DNA of 16,423 bases from Deltaproteobacteria bacterium (lineage in GTDB: Bacteria > Myxococcota_A > UBA9160 > SMWR01). The notes beneath the pieces were generated by a model. It did not search any database. It was not told the DNA's origin and worked only from the letters and a program-made list of their open reading frames with translations. The stretch is from the NCBI GenBank assembly GCA_032128375.1, contig JAQBGU010000176.1:1-16423 (forward strand), written 5' to 3'. The position numbers and the translations under genes were made by a program. This document shows positions 7,877-16,423 of this stretch, piece by piece. Numbering within the stretch: the stretch's first letter is position 1; each line of letters starts with the position of its first letter.

Positions 7877-9028
7877 GTGCCCTTCGAACTCGTGCCCCCG
7901 GGCACACATATCGACTTCATCGGAAAGCGAAAGATCACCGCTGGTGTGTCTATCGCGCTGCTCGTTGTCAGTGGAGTGGCAGTCGCAATCAACGGCGTCA
8001 AGTTGGGGATCGACTTTCAAGGCGGCACCGAAATGCAGGTGTTGTTCACTGCTGGGGCCAGTGTCGACGAGAGTGCCATTCGGGTGATTGTCGGCGAGTG
8101 TGGGGTCAACGATTCCAGCGTCGTGCGCTACGGCGAGACCGGCGCCGACGAGTTCCAGATCCGATTCCGTCAGGACGCGACTGCGCGCGATAGCGGGGAA
8201 GGCTGCCAACTGACGCCTGAGCAACTGGCCGCCGTCGAAGACGCAGCGAAGGCCGGTGGAGGTAGCGGCGACGCGGGTGAGAAGGGCGAGACGATCGACA
8301 AGCTGACCTACGCGCTGGGTAACTCGATCGGGGCGCTCAGCGTGCAGCGGGTCGAGTTCGTCGGTCCGCGGGTCGGTGCTGAACTGCGCGACTCGGCGAT
8401 ACGGTCGCTGGGCGTCGCCACGCTGTTGATTCTGCTTTACATCGCATTTCGCTTCAGCACACGCTTTGCACCGGGGGCGATCATCGCGTTGATCCACGAC
8501 GTCGGGATCACGGCTGGGATCTTCGTGATCTTTGGCCTCGAGTTCGATCTGCGGGTGCTGGCCGCATTGCTCGCGATTATCGGTTACAGCCTCAACGACA
8601 CGATCATCATTTACGATCGGATACGCGAGAACATGGCGCTGCGCACCAAGCACGATTTGGTGGATGTCTTGAACCAGAGCGTCAACCAGACACTCTCGCG
8701 GACGATTCTGACCTCCGGCACGACGTTGGTGGCGGTCCTGTCACTGTGGCTGCTCGGCGGAGAGGTGATCCGACCGTTCGCGATCGCGATGACGATCGGA
8801 ATCTTCGTGGGGACCTATTCGTCGATCTTCATCGCCGCTCCGACATTGCTGTTGTTGGAGAATCGATTTGGAACACCACCAGCCGCTTCATCGACTGCGG
8901 TGGTTTCGGGCAGTGACGCGGCCTTTACGGTCCGGCGCGACGCGCCAGCTCACAGCACCCGCCCCACGGGCAACAAGAGCGGCGCGCGAAAGAAGAAGAG
9001 CTCGGGGAAGAGCAAGAAGGGTGTCTGA
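7877..9028 (+). CDS. secF: Protein translocase subunit SecF
   Basis: LGIDFQGG, EFVGPRVGAEL, IGYSLNDTIIIYDRIREN, NQTLSRTILTS, GTYSSIFIA; GTG start with SD AGGAG at 7865-7869. Confidence 0.97.
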   Translation: MPFELVPPGTHIDFIGKRKITAGVSIALLVVSGVAVAINGVKLGIDFQGGTEMQVLFTAGASVDESAIRVIVGECGVNDSSVVRYGETGADEFQIRFRQDATARDSGEGCQLTPEQLAAVEDAAKAGGGSGDAGEKGETIDKLTYALGNSIGALSVQRVEFVGPRVGAELRDSAIRSLGVATLLILLYIAFRFSTRFAPGAIIALIHDVGITAGIFVIFGLEFDLRVLAALLAIIGYSLNDTIIIYDRIRENMALRTKHDLVDVLNQSVNQTLSRTILTSGTTLVAVLSLWLLGGEVIRPFAIAMTIGIFVGTYSSIFIAAPTLLLLENRFGTPPAASSTAVVSGSDAAFTVRRDAPAHSTRPTGNKSGARKKKSSGKSKKGV

Positions 9029-9066
9029 CCAGCCGGCCTAGCCGGCGAACAGGCCCCTCCAGGATT

Positions 9067-9600
9067 TCAGGCGGTTTTGCGGACTTCTCCCGTGGGCAGC
9101 GTCGCCGCGGGCGTCGCTTGGGCGCTGCTGGGCTTGCTGAGGGCTCCGTCGGCGCCTCTCATTTGGATTGCGCCGTCGATCTGGGCGCCTTCGGCCACCA
9201 CGAGCTTGGGCGCGCTGACGTTTCCTTCGACGCGGCCGGTTGCCTGAATTTCAACGCGTTCGATTCCGTCGATATTGCCGACGACGTGGCCGACGATGAT
9301 CACGGACTTCGCGTGGATCTCGGCCTTGATGGTGCCGTTGGCGCCAATCGTGAGCTGATTGTTCGGCAACTCGACACTGCCCTCCACACTGCCTTCGATC
9401 ACCATGTCTTCGTTGCCGGTAAGGTCGCCTTTGATTGCGATCGACTTTCCGATATTCGCCACAGTCACTCCCCCCTGTTGCGCTCCGCGTGAATCGCTCG
9501 GTTTGGCCGGCTTGCTCGGCGCCGGTTGCGAGACTGTCAGCGCCGGCGCCGGCTCGGCCTCATGCTTCCTTCCACTGACCTTTCCATGAAACAACGCCAC
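9067..9600 (-). CDS. Bactofilin (polymer-forming cytoskeletal protein, CcmA/DUF583 family)
   Basis: Beta-helix pattern NIGKSIAIKGDLTGNEDMVIEGSVEG..TIGANGTIKAEI..VIIVGHVVGNI..GRVEGNVSAPKLVVAEGAQIDG with Pro/Ala-rich flanks; GTG start with GGAG 6 nt upstream. Confidence 0.92.
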   Translation of the reverse strand: MALFHGKVSGRKHEAEPAPALTVSQPAPSKPAKPSDSRGAQQGGVTVANIGKSIAIKGDLTGNEDMVIEGSVEGSVELPNNQLTIGANGTIKAEIHAKSVIIVGHVVGNIDGIERVEIQATGRVEGNVSAPKLVVAEGAQIDGAIQMRGADGALSKPSSAQATPAATLPTGEVRKTA

Positions 9601-9627
9601 GTTGTTCTCCGTCTCAGACCCGCGAGC

Positions 9628-11364
9628 TTACCGCAACGACCGGACCGCATCGATCGCGATGTTGCGGTGTTGTAAAATCGTACCCTGCGCGCGATTGAGA
9701 TCCGTCACCGAAGTGCGGTAACCCTGAAACGCGCCAATTTCGCGGTTCTGGGATTCGACCAACTGCTCTTCGCGCTGCAGCACATCAAACGGGGTGGACT
9801 CGCCATACTCCAGACGGACCCGCTCGGCCCGCAACTGCTCGGTCGAGGCTGCCGTTTCGCGGCGTGCGGCTTCGATGCCCTCTTGCGTAGAGACGATGTC
9901 GCGGATCGCTTTGCGGATTTCCAGGATGATATTCTGCTCGAGGCGGCGCTTTTCGGTGCGCAGCTGGCGGAGAACGAGCTCAGACCTGGATACGCGCGCT
10001 CGTGGCGCGGTGTTGGGAATGGGAATGGAGAAGAGGCCGCGGACCGAGAACTGGTCGGCGGCATCCTCGCTGAGGAAATTGTCGAGGCTGTCTCCGAAGT
10101 CGGTCGAGGCAATGGGCGGGAGCGGCGTGGCGACGCATGAGCCTGCAGCGCCACCGCAGTTGGCATCGATCGCACAAAATGCGCCGATACGGCCGGCCGC
10201 GGACCCCGCACCACATGTGCCGCCGCGACTCGATGCACTCGAGTTCTGATCGCCCGCAAGTCCCCGGTTGCCGTACGTGAGTTTGATGTCGAACTGCGGG
10301 AGTCGCTGGTTTTTCGCGAACTTCACCTCGAGTTCCTGGGTATCGATTCTGTCTTGCGCGATCGCGAGTTCGGGACGCATCGCGAAGGCGCGTTGCGTAG
10401 CCGCATCGCCATCGACGTTGTATTGAATGTAGTCATCAGGCCTGTCCGTTGGCTCCACGTTCAGCGCGGCGTCCGCAGTGAATCGGGTTCCCAGGATGAG
10501 ATCTACCAGGTTGTCCTGTGCGCTTCGGAAAAAATTGGTCGCCCGAATCAACTCGAATTCGCGCTGTGCGACGCCGGCCTCCGATTCGACGACTTTGACC
10601 TTGGATGCGACACCGACTTCGTACTCGATTTTCGATTGTTCGAGCAACGCCTCAGCCGTTTCAAGACTCTTCTTCTGCACATTCATCTGTTCTTCTTTGG
10701 CGATCAGGTCCCAATACGCGTTCTCTACGGCCATGACCATGTCCATCACCACCGTTCGGAATTCCTCGATCGACTGGTCGTATATCAAAGCAGTGGTCTT
10801 GACCCGGGTCCACGGCTCGTTCCACCACAAGCCCCGAAGCAGCGGCTGATTCAGACTCAGCGAAAATGACGATCGAAGTTCCGGTGACAGCGACTGGACC
10901 GACGAGTTGGTGGTCTTTCTCGATCCGGCGAAGCGAAAGTCATAGGACGATCCGGCCAGTGGGATCAGACCTCGAAATCCCCCGAAGCCATCGGTGGGTT
11001 TCTCGAGCGATGAGCTGACATTGTTCAACGCAAATGCGTTGGGATCCTTGTTCGACGCATATCCGAACTCCGCGAAGAGTTCCGGGTCGTACGTCCCCCA
11101 GGCGATCGTCTCGTCTTCTCCACTGATCAGCGGGCCGAAGCGCTGGATCTCGACGTCCAGGTTGTTCTCCAGCGCCAACTGGATCGCGGCATCGAGCGAC
11201 AGTTTCATCTCTCCAGGCCCCGGGTCGGGTTGCGGGTCCGGAATCGAGATGCTCCCGGTCGGGTCAGCGGCCGTTGCGTCTGGCGGACTCGGCTCGGCGG
11301 CCAGAACAGGTGTGAAGCCAAACAGCAGGATCGGAATCGCGAGCCACTGAGCGCAAAATCGCAT
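9628..11364 (-). CDS. TolC-family outer-membrane efflux/secretion channel (long form, 578 aa) with a Cys-rich loop insert
   Basis: Signal peptide ending PVLA; LSLDAAIQLALENNLDV; LNQPLLRG; VENAYWDL; AFAMRPEL; AKNQRLPQFDI; EYGESTPFDVLQRE. These match the two OEP repeats. Confidence 0.9.
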   Translation of the reverse strand: MRFCAQWLAIPILLFGFTPVLAAEPSPPDATAADPTGSISIPDPQPDPGPGEMKLSLDAAIQLALENNLDVEIQRFGPLISGEDETIAWGTYDPELFAEFGYASNKDPNAFALNNVSSSLEKPTDGFGGFRGLIPLAGSSYDFRFAGSRKTTNSSVQSLSPELRSSFSLSLNQPLLRGLWWNEPWTRVKTTALIYDQSIEEFRTVVMDMVMAVENAYWDLIAKEEQMNVQKKSLETAEALLEQSKIEYEVGVASKVKVVESEAGVAQREFELIRATNFFRSAQDNLVDLILGTRFTADAALNVEPTDRPDDYIQYNVDGDAATQRAFAMRPELAIAQDRIDTQELEVKFAKNQRLPQFDIKLTYGNRGLAGDQNSSASSRGGTCGAGSAAGRIGAFCAIDANCGGAAGSCVATPLPPIASTDFGDSLDNFLSEDAADQFSVRGLFSIPIPNTAPRARVSRSELVLRQLRTEKRRLEQNIILEIRKAIRDIVSTQEGIEAARRETAASTEQLRAERVRLEYGESTPFDVLQREEQLVESQNREIGAFQGYRTSVTDLNRAQGTILQHRNIAIDAVRSLR

Positions 11365-11400
11365 GGCGGGTGAACCTCAAATGGGGGCACGTAGTGCAGG

Positions 11401-11409
11401 ACTGTACCA
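11401..11409 (-). promoter_or_regulatory. Candidate extended -10 promoter element for the tolC-bactofilin unit
   Basis: Minus strand reads TGGTACAGT (TGnTAnnnT), 36 nt upstream of the ATG; SD-like GAGGT at 11378-11374. No clear -35. Confidence 0.3.
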
Positions 11410-11511
11410 AGCGATGCGAATCTTGCCGGGCCGGTCTGCTGCCCCGGTGTGTCTGTTGAAGTCTCCCCATCGGTATCCCTTTTGATGGTCCGCGGGCTAT
11501 CCTCCGACGCC

Positions 11512-12216
11512 ATGAGCGTTGCAGCCCTAGTGCTCGCGGCCGGGCGCGGTGAGCGCCTCGGCGCCACGCTGCCCAAAGCCTTCGTACTGCTGGCGGGTCG
11601 GCCTCTACTTCTCCACGCGTTCTGGGCGCTGGCAGCCTCAGAGAGTGTGGACCGGCTGCTGCCGGTGGTGGCGCACGCCGATTTGGGGCGCTTTTCCGCG
11701 TTGGGCGATTGGCTGGGCGCGATTGACGGGATCATGCCCCCGGTGACCGGTGGCCGAGAGCGCCAGGATTCGGTTCGTGCGGGGCTCGCAGCACTGCCGG
11801 AGGATGTCGAATGGGTGGCAGTTCACGATGCGGCGCGCCCACTGGTGCGGCCAGCGGATGTCGACCGCGTGGTTGCAGCGGCTCGGCAACATGGGGCGGC
11901 CATTTTGGGGCTGCCGGTTCGAGACACGATCAAACGCGTCCGGGACGGACAGATTCGCGCGACGCCCCCGCGCGCGGAGTGCTACGCGGCCCAGACGCCA
12001 CAGGTGTTCCGGGTCGAACTGCTGCGTGAGGCAATCGAGAAGGCCGCTGCAGAGTGCTTCTTGGGGACCGACGATGCGGAGCTGGTCGAGCGGCTCGGGG
12101 TCCCGGTCGCTGTGGTCGATGGCGATGCATCCAATATCAAGGTGACCCATTCCGACGATCTGATGGCCGCGGAACGTCTGCTTGCAGAGCGCATGGCAGC
12201 CAGGGGTGCGCGATGA
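11512..12216 (+). CDS. ispD: 2-C-methyl-D-erythritol 4-phosphate cytidylyltransferase
   Basis: LAAGRGERLG..PKAF, GGRERQDSV, VAVHDAARPL, QTPQVF, TDDAELVE, NIKVT; ATG 11512 gives the typical N-terminus. Confidence 0.96.
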   Translation: MSVAALVLAAGRGERLGATLPKAFVLLAGRPLLLHAFWALAASESVDRLLPVVAHADLGRFSALGDWLGAIDGIMPPVTGGRERQDSVRAGLAALPEDVEWVAVHDAARPLVRPADVDRVVAAARQHGAAILGLPVRDTIKRVRDGQIRATPPRAECYAAQTPQVFRVELLREAIEKAAAECFLGTDDAELVERLGVPVAVVDGDASNIKVTHSDDLMAAERLLAERMAARGAR

Positions 12217-12749
12217 GGATCGGGAGCGGGTTCGATGTTCACCAATTGGTGTCGGGTCGCACGCTTCGACTCGGCGGAATCGAGATTCCGTTCGATCGCG
12301 GCCTCGCGGGGCACTCGGACGGCGACGTGCTGCTTCACGCGGTGGCGAGCGCGTTGCTCGGCGCGCTCGGCGATGGCGACCTCGGACGCCACTTTCCAGC
12401 GTCCGACGCGACGCTCGCGGGCATCGACAGCCGCACGATTCTCGATCGTGTGGCAGCCCGAGTCCGCGATGCCGGGTATGCGCTCGCCAACCTCGATGCG
12501 ACGATCATCGCACAGGCGCCGCGCCTGGCTTCGCACACTGCAGCGATGGAGGAGGTGATCGCCAGTTTGCTCGGGGTGGCGACCGATCGGGTCAACGTCA
12601 AGGTGACCAGCACCGACGGACTGGGGGCGATCGGGCGGGGCGAGGGGGTCGCAGCTCAAGCCGTCGTCCTGTTGGAAGGCCTGGTGGAAGGCCTGGTGGA
12701 AGGATTGTTGGGAGTCGTGCCGGAATTCGCGCGGGGAGGCCCCGCGTGA
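12213..12749 (+). CDS. ispF: 2-C-methyl-D-erythritol 2,4-cyclodiphosphate synthase
   Basis: MRIGSGFDVH, GHSDGDVLLHA, GDLGRHFP, VNVKVTS, GRGEGVAAQAVVLL; ATGA overlap with ispD. Confidence 0.96.
   Translation: MRIGSGFDVHQLVSGRTLRLGGIEIPFDRGLAGHSDGDVLLHAVASALLGALGDGDLGRHFPASDATLAGIDSRTILDRVAARVRDAGYALANLDATIIAQAPRLASHTAAMEEVIASLLGVATDRVNVKVTSTDGLGAIGRGEGVAAQAVVLLEGLVEGLVEGLLGVVPEFARGGPA
12669..12716 (+). repeat. 12-bp in-frame tandem repeat (about 4 copies) at the ispF 3' end
   Basis: CTGTTGGAAGGC CTGGTGGAAGGC CTGGTGGAAGGA TTGTTGGGAGTC, encoding LLEG LVEG LVEG LLGV. Confidence 0.85.
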
Positions 12750-14151
12750 CGCAACTCGTGCTGTACAACAGCCGAACCCGGCGCAAACAGGCGTTCGTCC
12801 CGCTCGAAGCCGGCCACGCCGGCGTGTACACCTGCGGTCCTACCGTCTACGCCCCACAGCACATCGGAAATCTGCGCTCGCAATTGTTCGCTGACCTTTT
12901 GAAGCGCGCGTTGCTGGCCGAGGGGTTGAGCGTTACGCACGTCATCAACATCACCGATGTGGGCCACCTGACCGATGACGCGGATGCGGGTGAGGACAAG
13001 ATGGAGCGCGCGGCCGCAGCAGGTGGGCAGAGCGCCGCCGAGATTGCATCACGCTACACCGAGCAGTGGCTCACCGACCGGGCGCGGGTCGGGTGCCTGC
13101 CGCCGCAAGTGCTGTGTAAAGCCACCGAGCACATCGACGAACAGATCGAGCTGATCAGTGCTCTCGAGAGAAAGGGTGTCATCTACCGAATCGATGATGG
13201 GATCTACTTCGACACGTCGAAGTTTCCGCGATATGCGGAGTTTGCGCGGCTCGACCTTGCCGCACAGCAGCGTGAGGGTCGTATCGGAGACGTCCCCGGC
13301 AAACGCCAGCCCGCGGACTTCGCCCTGTGGAAATTCCCGGATCCCGAGGGCCCAAAACGCCAACAGGAGTGGAACTCGCCGTGGGGAACCGGATTCCCGG
13401 GCTGGCACATCGAGTGCTCTGCGATGAGCGCCAAGTACCTCGGGCAGACCTTCGATATCCACACCGGCGGCGTCGATCACATCGGGGTGCACCACACCAA
13501 CGAGATCGCACAGAGCGAAACCGCCCTCGGCGTGCACCCCTGGGTGCAGTTCTGGCTCCACGGCGAATTTCTCGACTTCCGCGAGGAGAAGATGTCGAAA
13601 TCGACCGGAAACATCTGCGTGCTCGACGACCTCGTCGCGGACGGCATCGCTCCATTGGCGTTCCGCTATTTCTTCTTGCAGGCCCACTACCGGCAACAAC
13701 AGGTCTTCACCGATGAGGCGATCGCGTCGGCAGCGACCGGCTATGACCGGCTGGTGTCGCTCGCGGCGGAAGTCCGTGGCCTCGAGCCCGCTGGGAATTC
13801 AGCGAAATTGGCGCCGCTCCAGGTGCGTTTCGGCGCTGCGGTCCGCGACGATCTGAACGCGCCGCGCGCGCTTGCGGTGGCCTGGGAGGTCGCGCGCAGT
13901 CGCGAGCTGAGTCCGGCCGAACGCTGGGCATTGCTCGAGAGTTTCGATGCCTTCCTCGGCTTGGACCTGGCGAACGCGAAGCCTGCGCGAGAGTCGGTGC
14001 AGAGCGAGCCCCGCATCGACGCGCTGGTCGAGGCGCGCGAAACTGCCCGCAGGCAACGAGACTTCGCCGAATCCGACCGAATCCGTGACGCGCTAGCGGC
14101 CGAGGGGATATCGATCGAAGATACTCCGGAAGGGCCCCGTTGGAGACGCGG

Positions 14152-14155
<4 letters not shown>
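12746..14155 (+). CDS. cysS: Cysteine--tRNA ligase
   Basis: [67 protein letters not shown] overlap with ispF. Confidence 0.97.
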
Positions 14156-16202
<2,047 letters not shown>

Positions 16203-16206
<4 letters not shown>

Positions 16207-16423
16207 AGGTGGACCTCAAAGCGCGCGTCGATGCACTCCCGACGGGGCCGGGCGTGTATCTGTTCAAAGGCGACAAGCGCCGCCCGCGCACGGAGCCAGA
16301 CGCGGAGCGCGGAAAAGAGAAAGCCCCTGTCGCGTCCCGCGTACTGTATATCGGAAAGGCGCAGAACCTCCGCGTTCGGGTGCGCAGCTACCTGAACGGC
16401 GGCGATGGACGCATTCGGATCCC
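16203..16423 (+). CDS. uvrC: Excinuclease ABC subunit C, N-terminal GIY-YIG part (3' truncated by window edge; absent from the ORF track)
   Basis: Manual translation from TTG 16203 (or GTG 16209): [22 protein letters not shown]...[18 protein letters not shown]; no stop before the window end; TTGA overlap with the uvrB stop. Confidence 0.9.

Noticed and set aside
6212..8653. 435-aa and 267-aa minus-strand ORFs (likewise the 372-aa ORF at 14956-16074)
   Set aside because: Antisense shadows of secD, secF and uvrB.
9029..9066. Bidirectional terminator between convergent secF and bactofilin genes
   Set aside because: Only a short GCCGGC-CTA-GCCGGC stem with no U-tract on either strand; too weak to call.
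11395..11410. Sigma-54-like site TTGGTACAGTCCTGCA on the minus strand upstream of tolC
   Set aside because: GG-to-GC spacing is 9 nt; sigma-54 strictly needs 10.
12182..12745. 188-aa N-terminal extension of cysS in the ORF track, or a possible ispF-cysS frameshift fusion
   Set aside because: Arg-rich off-frame translation of ispF. cysS has its own GTG 12746 with SD GGAGG, and I saw no slippery site.

Overview
GC-rich bacterial chromosomal window of mostly core genes. The gene order resembles deltaproteobacterial/Myxococcota genomes (inferred from synteny, not verified). The plus strand begins with the 3' end of rpoN, then a regulatory PTS cluster (ptsN, a kinase-domain-only hprK, rapZ, EIIA-Man-like, ptsH), metK, a SpoIID/LytB-family gene and yajC-secD-secF. 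The minus strand carries a two-gene unit: a long TolC-family outer-membrane protein with a 4-Cys loop insertion, followed by a bactofilin. The plus strand resumes with ispD-ispF-cysS-uvrB and the 5' end of uvrC, all joined by 4-nt overlaps. I found no mobile element, RNA gene or CRISPR array. The best candidate for new biology is the orphan TolC(Cys-loop)-bactofilin pair. Other oddities: truncated HprK, an atypical CysRS subtype, a ~19-aa insertion inside the UvrC GIY-YIG motif, small repeat/palindrome arrays, and the absence of several usual neighbours (hpf, ptsI, ahcY, queA/tgt, carD, cysE).
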